Of a DNA stretch of 32,489 nt, positions 1 through 12,979 are shown piece by piece. This stretch comes from Catajapyx aquilonaris. Its lineage: Eukaryota. A program made the position numbers and the translations under genes. The stretch spans positions 1-32,489 of the forward strand of contig JYFJ02004459.1 of NCBI GenBank assembly GCA_000934665.2. The letters are read 5' to 3'. How positions within the stretch are numbered: the stretch's first letter is position 1; each line of letters opens with the position of its first letter. The notes below the pieces were generated by a model. It was not told the origin of the DNA, made no database searches, and saw only the letters and a program-made list of their open reading frames with translations.

Positions 1-598
1 AAGGGTTCAATTGGATGTGGGTTTCACATATATTTTTTTAAAAAAAATCGAAGACCATGACTGGGCACCCTCCGTCTGGATTGAAATGGAACCAGCCTGT
101 GGTGTTTCTTTGTTATTGTTTTATTTGGTTGTTTCAAACACAATTTTTTGATGGAAAAAAATCTTCTATAACTGTGCCTAGTTTATGTGACAGTGTACGC
201 ATCGTGCTCGCAAATATTCCATCCTGCATATTTTCATTCATTGTACTTATTTACCTTCTCTTTCCAGATTTTCACATCTCAGAAAGAAGAGGAAACTTCT
301 TTTTTGTGCATAATATCATTAAGAGCAATCTGCACTTAAAATTATTGCAATCGATGCAGAAACCAATCCTGCATGGTATCATTTGCTGTAGGGAAGGCTT
401 GCCCAGTTCTGTGGCACATTATTACTGTGCCAGCAAACAGTAAAAAATGTTAGTCAAGCAGACAACTGCAGTACAATGAACATGGGACGGACACATACAT
501 CACATACCACCTTGAAGCTCTGACAGTTAAACAGCAGCTTTTCACTCCCAAATTCCCAAGGTAGCTTTCCTTTCACAAGATGGTGATATGTTGCTTAC

Positions 599-800
599 CG
601 TGCACTCATACTTAATACAATCGGTCCAGAAATGAGTGACGGAGAATTTCTGACGCATGACTCCGGTGACCCCACAGAGGAGTACAGGTCCTAATCCAAT
701 TATCCCACTGGCAGCATGGTACATGGGCAGGGGCATATACAGCACATCGCGAAGGCCCAGGCCAAAAAGTAGCGCTGGACCCACCGCCACAAACAAGAAG
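599..800 (-). CDS. Fatp: FATP coding exon 5
   Basis: ttttcag|C TTC TTG...TGC ACG|gtaagc; FLFVAVG..YMPLPMYHAASG..KFSVTHFWTDCIKYECT. Confidence 0.93.
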
Positions 801-3800
801 CTGAAAAGGAGGGATCCCGAGCCCTCTTTGCTATGTGCTCTTGTGAAATATTTAACAGCTCTTGACTAGCAAGTCAATTAAAGATGGGTTCTTTGATAGC
901 CACATATTACAAATTAACAAACTAATCACTTGGCCCACCATTACTCTTTTGAGTTTCCTTTCAGTCAACTCATCACATACCAGTGTCGTAAAAGAGCCAG
1001 AAAATCTGACTGTTGGAAAAAATCTGTACTTTTCTGGCTTTTTTGGGTAACATTATTTTCTTATTATTTATTAATTAGGAAAAAATGTAAATATTGCAAT
1101 GATTCTTTGAGAGAAATTATTCATTGCCAAATCAAAACCATTGTCATTAGACCCATTTCAGAGTACAAAACCAATTAATTTGCCCTGTAAAACACAACTC
1201 ATGCCGTTTCCAATGAAATGTTGTGAAGGAAAACAAAGATGAGTAACATCTTGTCATTCATTAAACCATACTTGTTTAAAAAATAAACAAGGTCTGTCAC
1301 TCAATACAGTTATAAAAATGCAGTGTTAAAAAATCCAACATTTCCAATTTTTTCCATGACCATGGAAAAGAACAAAAAGAAACCTAAACAAGCAAGTTTT
1401 TCTGGGTCATTACAACACTGTGACATGTAGGATTCCACTTCCTAAAAATTATTATTGCAGACTAGAAATAACATGAAGCTGCACAAGCATCCATATGAAT
1501 GAATGATAAAAGCCAGTACAATTACGCAGGGAAAAATATGCAGCAAATGCAGCTAACTTATATATTTCTTACAACACATCCGTAAGGCTATTTTCACACG
1601 AGGCCACCATGCCAAGGTGCCACCGCAATGCTGCAAGTGGAGCCTTTCACGCGTAGTGGTTGGCAGCTCTGCCCACGCGCCCCCAGAAATGCTGGTGGCG
1701 GGCAGGGTGACTTTCGACACTGCCAGCTGGCTGTGCCGCACTTGTTTGCTTTGAATCATATGAAGCCTTTCACACGAGACGCGACTTTTCTTGCAGCCAG
1801 CAGTGCCACCTAATTTACGCGGCGGCACTGCCATGGTGGCCTCGTGTGAAAATAGCCTAAGAGCCCATGCACAAGGGCTCTCTTATGTTTCACTCAAAAA
1901 CATGTATCAACAATAGATAACATCCTCTAGGCTCTTGGTTGATGATCTACCTTCACTAGCCTAACCTGGCTACAGGATGTTAGAATGCATCCTCTGGACA
2001 AAGATTATCCAGCACCTATAATTACACTTACTTAGGTTATTATTAAGGATCGTGGATGACTAGGACCTTGGCTGTTTTTTACGTATAGTATGCCTCACAC
2101 TATCTCAACAGTTAGACATAGAAACTGTGCTTCTAGGGCTCTCAGGAATTTTCTTTTCTTCACATGTGATGTCATAATGAGACACTCCAAGTTGCTACAT
2201 GTATCCAAGAGAGAAATGATGGGGTTGATGTTTATTACTTGATATAATAAAAGCCTCAAACAGATGCAGAGATGTTTTCACTTGCCCTCTTTTTAACTTT
2301 TTGTAAGAATATTCAGTATGAGTAATGGGATATTCCTTTAATATTGCCTCTTCGATTTCAAGGTTCCCTTTCCAGTGTAAACAGGATCATACAAGTTAAG
2401 AAAAAAGCAGTATGGGCAGTTTGCTGTGCAATATCCAATCAACCTATACCTTTTCCCACTATCTGCAACGTATATAATCCCTCCGAGAATGACTGCTTTT
2501 ACAGTTTTAAATATTCAAAACAATTCCAGCCTTGAATATTAATTATCAAAATAATAGCACCTTTACACATAAATTTCCAGACTTAGTATTGCTGTGGTTG
2601 ATCAATATTATCCCCAACATATTGAGAGAAGATATTGTAATTTTGTTTTGCATAAATAAATAGTAATTTGGGTCCCCTATCAATTATGAGCAACGATTTT
2701 GAAAAAATGTCCAAAATTGTCTGTACATGCCTACTACAGCACTCCTATTGAAAAAGGCTGATTTCAAAGCTATAGGTCAGTCCTTCATTGTACTGCTAGT
2801 TATCATGACTGATGTCAACTAACAACCATGGTAAGTTGGTAACCCATGAGAAAGCTTATGGGAGGCTTCTTGCAGTGCTTTAGTGGCGAAAGACCTATTC
2901 TAGGTGTTTCCTGTGATTTATGGAGGTTGCCTGCACCACCACACAAGGTAAAAGCCATCCATATCAATAACCTTCAAGTAGTAAAAAAATATCTGCAAAA
3001 GCCTGTTGCTGATGTGGCAACATAATTGGTTCAGTCTGATATTGGATTCATCACTTTGAAAGATCCGTTTATTCTGGTGCCATATAAATTGACCAAACTC
3101 CCCAAAGACGCTGCTTTACACTTGCAATTACGAGGAACGGTACTGCAAACAATGTGAACCTCAATGGGATTACTTCCATTTTAATGACACTCAAATTTCA
3201 GTCCTGCGTATGTCCATTAAACACAGGTTCCACTGCATTCTGTTAAATTAGTTGAATAACCTTAACTGTAAAGCGTGGTTGTGGATTACAATACAAGCAG
3301 TGTCATGCTCTAATAAGTTCAAATTAATCGTTACAGACATGTGCAGTCTTGATCCTTTCCAACTGTGTAACAGTGAAGGGCTGAGACATAGCCTCATCAT
3401 AACAAAAAAGCATTTTATTTGCTCATAAGGACATACGAGAAAAGTGTAATAGGGTTTTTTAAAAATTTACTATGAGTCTCAAACTGATGCAGTATCTAAT
3501 TTTACAATTTTACAGTAGTATACAGTAGTGTATACTACTGGAAAAAACTACATGTTGGGTGCAAGGTGCAAAGGGGGCATAATCATCACCAAATACGGGT
3601 GTGGATGGAAACTTTCATAAATCAATCTGGCAACTTGCTTCCACCTGAGCCTGCATTTGGAACGGCTTCTACCCCCAATGCAGTCATTTTTCCAGTAGCG
3701 TATTTTTATACCTAAAGCCATAAAACAGCAGCATCATAAATTCATATCCTCAAAGAGATTTTCTTTTTTAATTATCTGAGACTATCTCTAATGCACATAT

Positions 3801-6800
3801 CTAGCAACATTTGAAAAATATTAATGGCAGTATCAAAACCACAAGAAAATTAATTTCATTATCGAATCACAAAATCAACACCTATACATGTTAGTTCACA
3901 CACTTTCAACAAGGCAAAATTAAAATAGCAGTGCATCAACATCAAACCTGAAAGAAAACTCACGAAATCTTGCATTTTGGATAACTCTTAAGGGCCAGTT
4001 CAGCAACAAAAATTATGGGAAAATATCCTACTATTATTTAAATGCATCATACATAACTGGCGGTTTTCCCTTAATTTACATTGACAAACAGGCCTAAACA
4101 AACACTATAATTATTCAAGTCTAAAGATTATAAAATGTTTGGTAAAACTCACCGTGAATGAGCAATCACTGCTGCTTTAGGAAGACCAGTTGTACCAGAT
4201 GTGTAAATGTACAGAAGCTTGTCACTGTAATTGGACTTGTCTTCACATGGTATTGGAGAGGCCTTTTGGATAAGGGGATCCACATCTTCAGCCCCTGAGA
4301 CTAGGGAAATATCTTTGTCACTTCCTCCTGAGCAAAACTTTGTGACTGAAGGACCCAATTCATCTGCAATATCAGCCACAGCTGAAAATAAGCAAGACCA
4401 TTAATAATGGCAACATTGTCATGTGCTAAGAATGATTTCATTCCTTTTACTGCAGTTTTTATGAATGTCTTGTGAAGGCCTTGTCAAGGACACTGAGTAT
4501 AAACGATACAATACTTTTAGGTAGCCGGTGCAATTTAAATTCCCATGCATGGTGAGATGCTATCTATTGTTTTACGCAACAAATTCATCTGCATTTCCTG
4601 CTCAGATCATTAACAAAAATGAGGGACCACTTTGTGATATGCTTGGACAGGCAAATAAATAAGTCGAGAATGCAGTTACATTTGTGGGAATGCTTTTCTA
4701 ACCCTGTACTAGAAATGAAACAAAGGGATTCCAACCAGGGAGAAAGATGTGGCAAAACTAAGCAAGAATATTTCTCTAAATAAAGTCTCCTCCAAAATTA
4801 TGCACAGTATATGAAGTATCCAAAGGTTGTTTAAATATTGCCTTTTTCCCCCCTTTGCAAATAAATCTATTTAACACAAAAACCATATTGTCCAGTTACA
4901 TCTACCCTTCCCTTTCAGGATAAATTCCCCAAAAAACCATATTTAACAACAGTTAAAGTTCAATATCATACAGCCTTGTAACGGACACTCATGAACACTG
5001 GAGTTGTGCTGTGTGTGCTACAGGAAGCCTTAAAAAAGCACAAGTACCATGTGACAGCTCGGACCCATAAATGAGGGCCTTGGCATTAATGACGGTGATG
5101 GAATGGATAAGTGGCTTTAGCCGCAGATTGAAGTTGATGAGGGCAGGGAGGATGCCTGCTTTGGCCAGTCCCAGCCAGATGCCCACATACTCTGGCCTGT
5201 TCTCCATGAACAGGGCCACTGGGTCGCCCTTCTGGAAGCCCCGGCTCAGGAATAAGTTGGCCACACGGTTGCTGTACTCCTCCAGCTGAAACAGGAAACA
5301 TATACTGTATATGTCCTTCACTTCATGGTGCAATTGCATCCATTCAACACCTCACTTTTATACTATGCTGCTTGTAAATGGGTTAACAAGCACTTGAGGT
5401 AATTAGGATCTGAAATGCAGTTTCCTCCCACTTTTTTTTTTAAGCAGTGGCGCACATGGTGTTGACGTATGGCCCCTGAAATATCTGATGTGGCTTAGGT
5501 AACTGTCTGCAGTGGCACTTGTTATGACATCAAAGTGCATGGGGAAAACTGCATGACTTATCCTGTCCATACTGCAAGGCTATTTATGCATTTCATTGTA
5601 CATGTGGGTGTATTACATGCCAGTTATTATTGTTTAAATCTAAAGATGACATAAGGTGGTTAGCTTTAGGAACTTTAGGAGGTTAAGGAAACTTGTGAAG
5701 GTAAACCAGTTTCAAATGTTGGGCAAAAAAATGTCAAGGTTATGGCCACTGAATTCCTAGCGAGTATAACCTTCAACGTTGTAATTTAGGGTGGCTTACT
5801 CCATTGCCATTTCAATGTTGTAAACAATAAACAATAATGCTCCTATTTATCTGTCAATTTTACATACAAAATTTTTCCAGCGTGAGTACTGTGACACAAG
5901 TTGCCCTCAATCCTACAACAATATATTTTTAAATCATTATTCATTACCTTTGGATTGGTTTTGACACAAGCTGCTTGCGTGTCTTTTTATGAAAATGATA
6001 TACTCACTTCCATTCCCATATTTTCAACGCCCAAATATTCAACAGATTAAGTACGATCAGTTGCGTACCTGTGCAAATGTCCATTTCTGATCTCCAAACA
6101 CGAGGCAGACTTTGTTTGGGTACTTGGCAACATTTTTCCTGAAGAGCTTGATAACAGTGAGGTTATTCTTCTGACACTGACGCATCTGAAGCAGGAGCCT
6201 GACAAGGCACAGTCCAGCTCTAGAGGAGGGGAGGAAAAAGTTTACACAATTAAATCAATGCATGTGAAATTCCACCTCCATGAGATCACATGTTTCTTAA
6301 CTATTTATTTGAACAATAATGAACTGCCTGCACCTATATGAGAAATATTTACATTCTAAATGAAATATTTTATATTATTCACAAATAATGCTAGTGTCAT
6401 TATTACTTATTCCACTTATCATAATAAATTTCCTAAATATAATTTATGCCAATGCCACATAACTTTTGAAACACAAATCACTGCAAAATTATTGTAGCTC
6501 AGAGGGCACTCCAGCATGCCAATGAAACAGGTGAGAACTCATGTGTGACATTCACGACACCACATCTTTTGTAACAGTCTTATTTAACTGTCAAGGTTTT
6601 CACCCTTTTTTTTCACAGACCTGGCACTGTCAGTCACAAGTGTCACAAATGTGCAACAATCTACTCTGTAAAAGGGGTGTGTTTTTGTCGAACTTTCTCC
6701 TTTAAAAACAACTTATCTTCACCTGGGAGGAAGCTGGGTTTTGTAGTAAGAAGAACAACAAAAAAAACCCTTACATAACGGATATGAATAAGTAGCAAAA

Positions 6801-8845
6801 AGCATGGGGGCCCTCCTCTCTCTTTCCTCGACTATTCATCTGCATTTCCCATGCTAAAAATAGGCTGATGTGTGCCAGAACTTCCTTTCACATCACTATT
6901 CACTTTCTTTCTATCGTTTGACAAGTCAACATTTCTCTGGGGTGGCTTCAGTCACCCCTCATTACATCGATCAAGACTGCCACTGAGAAAGTCGGTCATA
7001 TAAAATTACACCTTTAATTAATAGGAGTATGCTATGTAGCCGCTGCGAAAGATGCTGGTACATTTCTCTCGTGCTTTACACAAGCATCCCCAACTCTGTC
7101 CTTCCTAAACTCATGCACCAATTATGTCACATTTTGGCCTTCCCCAATATACAAGTCAACCTTGATCGACTTTTGGAGGCAAGACATCTTTTTGGGTCAG
7201 TTGAGTTACAACAGATTTCAGTACCATGGCAAATAATACTGGTACCGACAGGGTCCCCCATGCTCAGTTGCCCACCTCCCCAATCAACCCAGACCTCCAA
7301 CAGGCCAGTCATGCAATCAAACCGCTTTTCGCAACTTGGCCTTCACATGAGGGTGTTGATGGAGCATTTCCTTTGGGTCCCCGTGTGTGATGGTATCACT
7401 GCCCCCAACCTTTGGACCTCGCTCCAACAACAAAAGCAGTTCCATGTCACATTATGCAGGACATCCTAAGGTGTTTGCGCAAGTTGATGTATTGTACACA
7501 TCCCTAAATTCCACCTTTATTACTATAAATAAATTTGAATTATGTTTGGTGTTAATGGACTGCATAATCTTCTTTACTGATTAACCACAAAGAAGATGAT
7601 GCAGCAAAGGCAAAGATAGCTGATGGAAATTAGGTCTAGTGATAACCCATCACTTATGGTCTATAAAAAGATGTTTTGACGGCTTCCTTCATGTTGTGAT
7701 GACCAAGTTCACATCACATGATTTACAGTATTCATGATGGAGTAACTTACATAACACTCAAACATAATGACATAAATACGTACATACTTCTATAATCTGG
7801 AAAAACACTGTTACAACAACAACACCATCACGACATTTCCCTATAAAGGGGTAGTCAGCGATGACGGGAACCACAAGCTAACCCAAAATATGAACTAAAT
7901 TAAAAATGCTAAAAATCACCCTATAAACCAATATCAAAAATACTGCTTGATTACTTGATTGCTAGCAATGCAACAATTATTGTGAGATGTGGTAAACCAC
8001 ATTTACACCATCCAATCTACCAACAGCATATTAGCATGATTTAACTATCAAACTAATAATGTCTTGAAGAGTAGTGAGTCACATCAATATCATTTTGTGC
8101 CCTCCAGTAACAGATTCATTGGATTGTAAAATTTATTATACAACACGTCATAAACTATTACGCAATACCAATAAACTACTAACTGAACGTTAAAACTCAC
8201 GACACTTGTTCCCCAATATTAATACAGTATATGGTCCTGCAAGTTACTTTGATAGTTCCTACAAGCCCCAATCAGTAGAAGTATAACAACTATCAGATAT
8301 AATTAATCATAAAAATTAAGTAATACCAAAACACTCAGGTTTCTGATATGCACAGTTCCTGATTGTAATAAAACTGTATATTGGCTCTCATAATTTTGTA
8401 CCATCCCCAATTGGAATTACTAGCATGCAAACAGTAGTTACAGCCATTATGGAGTGATCAAGAAGGTAATTTCTTTAATGATAATGTAGGTTCACATAAA
8501 TTCCATTTCATGTAATGTCGTAATGCACTTGGCATATCACCAAAACTGCAAGTTAACATCCTCTTCCTGGACCAATAAGCAATATATTAACACACGCATC
8601 AAAACGTGAGAAAAGTGTGCCACTCACCGGACATCTCTGGGCAGAGTCTTGACGAATATGTAGATCGCCTTGTATCCATCAAAGACAAGGAAGAAGAGCA
8701 GTGCCAAAGCCCCAACGGGTATGATGAAGAGCCACTCCATGACCATGAACAGAATGGAGAGCACAGCCCCCACCACCAGTGCCACTGCGGCTAGCCCATA
8801 GCTGACCCCATCCCCCACACTACTGACACTACTTTGCCGCCCCAT
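599..8845 (-). CDS. Fatp: Long-chain fatty acid transport protein (FATP/SLC27 acyl-CoA synthetase), 5' part; join(8845-8628, 6219-6069, 5285-5048, 4381-4153, 800-599), continues beyond window start
   Basis: Spliced translation gives an N-terminal TM segment, KTLPRD, YSNRVAN..VALFMENRPEYVGIWLGLAKAG..ALINFNLR, the AMP-binding motif YIYTSGTTGLPKAA, PLPMYH and KFSVTHFWTDCIKYECT. All introns are GT-AG with matching phases (2,0,1,2,0). Confidence 0.95.
1586..1857. mobile_element. PIF/Harbinger-type MITE (272 bp)
   Basis: Perfect 26-bp TIR GGCTATTTTCACACGAGGCCACCATG; TAA TSD at 1583-1585 and 1858-1860; internal subterminal repeats agcctttcac(g/a)cg. Confidence 0.9.
3533..3700. mobile_element. Decayed small TIR element, CACTA/EnSpm-like ends
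   Basis: Left end tactactggaaaaa, right end (revcomp) cgctactggaaaaa, inferred consensus CACTACTGGAAAAA; flanked by TA on both sides. Confidence 0.5.
4153..4381 (-). CDS. Fatp: FATP coding exon 4 (AMP-binding motif)
   Basis: ttttcag|CT GTG GCT...TCA CG|gtgagt; DKLLYIYTSGTTGLPKAAVIAHSR. Confidence 0.95.
5048..5285 (-). CDS. Fatp: FATP coding exon 3
   Basis: tttcag|CTG GAG...CAT G|gtactt; LEEYSNRVANLF..MENRPEYVGIWLGLAK. Confidence 0.95.
6069..6219 (-). CDS. Fatp: FATP coding exon 2 (not in ORF track)
   Basis: ctcctctag|A GCT GGA...GCA CAG|gtacgc; AGLCLVRLLLQMRQCQKNNLTVIKLFRKNVAKYPNKVCLVFGDQKWTFAQ. Confidence 0.93.
7100..7490 (+). mobile_element. Highly decayed non-LTR reverse transcriptase fragment
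   Basis: With frameshifts reads KLMHQL..FGLP..RHLF..SVPW..NTGT(R)QGSP(L)S..AIKPL..SHYAGHPKVF, resembling the RT motifs GTRQG.PLS, AIEPL and YADD. Confidence 0.4.
7813..7927 (-). mobile_element. 5'-truncated copy (3' end and TTG tail) of the LINE family at 15422-20362
   Basis: Clear similarity to ~15434-15541: acaacaacaac..catcacgacattt.cctataa.ggggtagtcag.gatga.ggga...caagctaacccaa.atatgaactaaat. Confidence 0.8.
8628..8845 (-). CDS. Fatp: FATP coding exon 1 (N-terminal membrane anchor)
   Basis: ATG at 8845 (MGRQSS..), hydrophobic segment, ends KTLPRDV CG|gtgagt; the exon appears to begin at an acceptor at 9078. Confidence 0.88.
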
Positions 8846-11316
8846 CTTTTTTTTTTCCTTTTTTCTCTCTCTCTCTCGTCGACGCAACTCTACCCCCTGG
8901 CCTGCAGTGCTGCGTGCCCCTCCCCCTCCGTGCTGTTTGGATCCCCCTTCTGCCCCACCAGTGTTAAACCCGCCCTGAACTGCACCAGACCCACCCCCAC
9001 TCACACCACGGTCCTCGTCCTGTGTTTCGATCACTTTCTCGCACAGCTCAAGGACAAGGATATGTCCACCACAACAACCTGCGAATAAAAACACACGGCC
9101 ATCAAATAATTTGCCTTAAAGAGCAGTCGGACAGGTGCTATTAATGACGCCAAAGACGGACATAACAGGTTTATGGCACGTTACGCACACGATTTGTGCT
9201 GCGGACACATACCTATCTCGTATGATGGTCAATTGGACGGGAAATGCCATTGGGTGCCCATTTGGATCGGCCTTTTTTGCCTGCACTTTTTGTGCTCGCG
9301 TTACGAAAATTATCACTTCCCGGGCGCCATGTTGTACTGTTGCTACCCTTGAGTCTGCCAATTTCCGAATCACTAATTAAAATTTTAATGAAACTCATAC
9401 TTTTATTGTCACAGTAAAGCTAAAATAACGTGCCTCAGGATGTCAGTATGGCTATAAAGTAGTGAGTTGATGCCCTTGAAATGTAAGTGATGCCAACAGG
9501 GGCGGCCCATTTAAAATGGATGCTGCAATCTCGGCAAAGGAAATTTTCTTGTCTTCCGCTAAAAATGACGGGGTGAAGTGAGCTGTTGGGAATTCACCGT
9601 GTTCTTTTTAATCAGGGTGTATCAGCATTGTAAAGCAGGGAGGTGGTGAAAATGACGCCTGAAAAGAATATCGTAATTTTTAATCGGGGGAAGGCGTTAG
9701 AATTTTTCTAGAGGAAACAGGAACTATGTTTTATAAGAGAGCTTGTGAAATAGACGAGAACTTTTCTCTTAACAAATACACCCATCGTTTCCCTTTCCTT
9801 TGACAGAAGCAGGATGTTTCCTAGGGAGTGCGCACATGAATATGAAACGTTCACCCCGGGCTCAAGTTCATGACATGCGCCATTGATAACAATTACTCAT
9901 AGCCTGTTGACAAGAGTTACAAGGAGGAATATTTTTTAATATGCAATATTTATTGCATGGCCTACAATTCGAGTAAACGTGGCAGGCATAGTCTGCTCTC
10001 CTTATTTTGATAAAGTAGGTCATCTTCATATGTAATAGGCTAGAATACTATGGAATACAAGAGAACGACCTGCTCCAAGTATGCACTTGAAAATGGAGCA
10101 GACCTTCTCTCACAATTCACACGAAACTTGGATATAATCGAAGGTTGGGACCTGCAGGAAAACAGCTTTTTAAAAAATGGAGCTGACCACAGTTCTCCGT
10201 CTCACGGCATATTTTCAAAGGGTTTCTTTTCACTTCCTCATTTGGCGGGAAATACATTATACCTCTGCAGCACGATCGTTATTGCATGATTACATGCCAC
10301 ATTTGAGTTGCTGGAAATTCGTGAAAAATGCTATGCAATGCTGGTAGTGCGCAAAAGACACGAATGAGACATTTGGAATAATATGTAAATTAGAAGAATA
10401 TATTTGGGCTTATTTTCACTAAATCTTCCTAATATTCCACATACGACTTCAACATACTAATCTGCAATTCCTTTGAAGAAGACAAGGACAATGGCTTGTT
10501 TTGCATGCATCAGCGTCGTGACTTGACCTCCTATTGAATACATTATATCCTATTTTGGGAATACACACGAGTCCTTATTATTGTTTTCAGGAAAGCTACG
10601 GTGTAAAAAAAAATAGTGTCTAGAAGCACGACAAAGGAGCAAAGATCAGTTACATAAGCATGTAGAAAATACTACTAGTGAATGGTGGCGTGATGCGATA
10701 AAAACCAGACAGATAAGTTATCCTAGAAATGGCCGCAAATAGCTATATCATAGGTTATAGAGCAGTCTGCTCTGTACAATACGATTGCCATCAAACTGCA
10801 CAATTCTTTTATTTTGGCTGTGGAAATATCGCTTTCATCACATACTCTTGGGAAACCCTGCTCTCACGCAATTGTGTTTTTCCATACAATACCGATTTTT
10901 TATTTTATTTAAAAAAGCATACATAAGTGCCTCAGGGGCTCTCTAATGGTGGCTGACACAGCTGTTTTTTTTTAACTCACAGAAAGTGAAAGCCGCGTTT
11001 TTCGTGCGGTTATGTCCGGGTAGCAACAACTACTGCCGAATATTCGTGAAAACTAACCCCTGTGAACTTGTACTGTGACAACACATAACTGTCTCAAGTG
11101 CTTCACTATACACGTCACAGTAGACATTTGGGTCGTCGGTATACGGCCGGCCCACAACAAGGTCAGCTTCTAACCTGCCCATCAAATACCGCAATATTTC
11201 CCTCCTCCTTATCATACCCTGCACAATAGGCACGAACCCCACATCACGCAACAAATTTTTATATATATGTAGCGACCTTTATCAGGTCACAGAAATAGAA
11301 GCGCCGGCGCCATTAC

Positions 11317-11546
11317 CTGCGATAGTTGACCGAAAAGCACCCGCTGTGTTTCGCACCTTTTCCCACACTGAGAAAATCGCTTTCCACCCCCCTCCTACCC
11401 CCCCTTATCCTCTCACAGGTATTAGGGTTGAATGGCCGCTTTCCTCCTGAGGAGGGCAGGAAGGAGGTGAGCCACAAGAAGACCTCTTTTCCTGCCCTGA
11501 TAACCGCCTTTTTCTATGATGCACCCACCTGGTCCTCCTCTTGACT
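11317..11546 (-). promoter_or_regulatory. Candidate non-coding first exon/TSS of FATP
   Basis: Arthropod Inr-like TTAGTC (A at 11546) and donor CAG|gtaatg at 11317/11316; no ATG inside; could splice to the acceptor at 9078. Confidence 0.4.
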
Positions 11547-12894
11547 AATACACACACACTGAGAGCAGTAGGCGAAAGTGGATGATACTTCTGAGACACC
11601 TTGTATAACGGGATTTTTTTTTTAAAAAAATACCGTTTTCTGGACGAATTGGGTATGGAACCAGTTCCTACGATGGAATGGCTGCGATTACGTGGAACCT
11701 AACTTTTAAGTTGTACGGAGCATATCAGACAAAGGGGACTTTCAACCCTTATATCACAGATAAGTGCATATGCTCCGTGGAGTTCGTAGGGGAGGATAGA
11801 TATAAGGGATGTCTATTTTTGATTTTAAGCCTATCTGCGCATATTTCAGCATATTTTTTTATACTAAACAGAATGGCTCAAAGCAAATTATGTATGTCAT
11901 AAAGTAACGCAGAGGGTTTTTCCACCTGTTTATGAAATTGCGTTCCGATTACGTAATGCCGGTATCAATAAATTTCCTGAGACGACCTTCAAGTAGATAA
12001 CGCAACGGAAGAAGTAACTGGGGACGTGTAAAGAGAAGATAACTGATCAGATAATATAGACTGCATGAACAGCCCGGTATGTGCCCATTGCGATGAACCA
12101 TTACGTTTACTTCGCCGTATTTCATTATAGGCTAAGGCTATACTGAACTTATTGTCAAGTGTTGCAATTCACTTTTTTTCTGTAGAAGGGGATTCCCAGT
12201 TCAACAGGTTTTAATGCCTGACCTTCCTTTTATTTCGAAGCGTAGTCATAGTTGTACACTTCAATAAGTCTATTGTTAACGAAAAGAGGTTACTGCGTGC
12301 TTACATAGCACTGTTGTGAGACTTATTGTTCCGAACTGAAAGGCCCATTGATTAGACTTCCAATATACAAAGCAGCTTTTTTCGCACATTTTTTCTGTGC
12401 ATATACGCCATTTTTAAAACCATGACGTCACGAGCGTGTTACACGAGGTCTATAGAAGGGATAGAGGGATAGAAGCAACTCATTACGTTATGTGAAATTA
12501 CTACTTCTTAATTTAAGATTACGAAGGATTATCAAAACACTCGCGAGAGTCTCTCAAGTGCTCTATAATTAGACTCCAATATCGTTATACTAGATCTCTT
12601 CACTTGTTTTTAAGAAACTCATAAGCGAAAGTAGTTTCAATATTCAAATCAGCGAGTGACAGAAGATACAACAGTTATATCCACTCTAATGCTACTTTTT
12701 TTGTGCATGGCTCCAGGAAATACACACACTGGCAAGTCATGACATCAATCAATCTCTTCCTACTTCAGCATGGTAATCACTCAATATGCGGTAGTCAGAA
12801 GGAAGTCTGTTATGCAAAATAACATGCTAAACAATTGGTCATCATCAGGAAAAGGATGGCATAAAAAATGAATACGAATGAGAGCAGTTCTCAC

Positions 12895-12979
12895 CTGAAT
12901 TGCAGCTGAAGTCCAGTGGTTTCTTGTACCTAAGAGTGATTTACCACCAGTACTCTAGGTCCGTCCTGAGTTGGAATGG
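12895..12979 (-). other. Candidate alternative 5'-UTR exon of FATP
   Basis: attttttag| acceptor and CAG|gtgaga donor bound an 85-nt segment; a stop in the FATP frame makes it non-coding. Confidence 0.3.

Noticed and set aside
57..443. 128-aa plus-strand ORF
   Set aside because: It lies antisense in a FATP intron, has AT-rich non-coding-like composition and shows no recognisable motif.
1553..1834. ORFs on both strands inside the first MITE
   Set aside because: GC-rich non-autonomous element with no transposase motifs.
9497..9508. caggggcggccc as the partner TIR of the terminus at 14277
   Set aside because: Only a 10/12 match and no flanking TSD.
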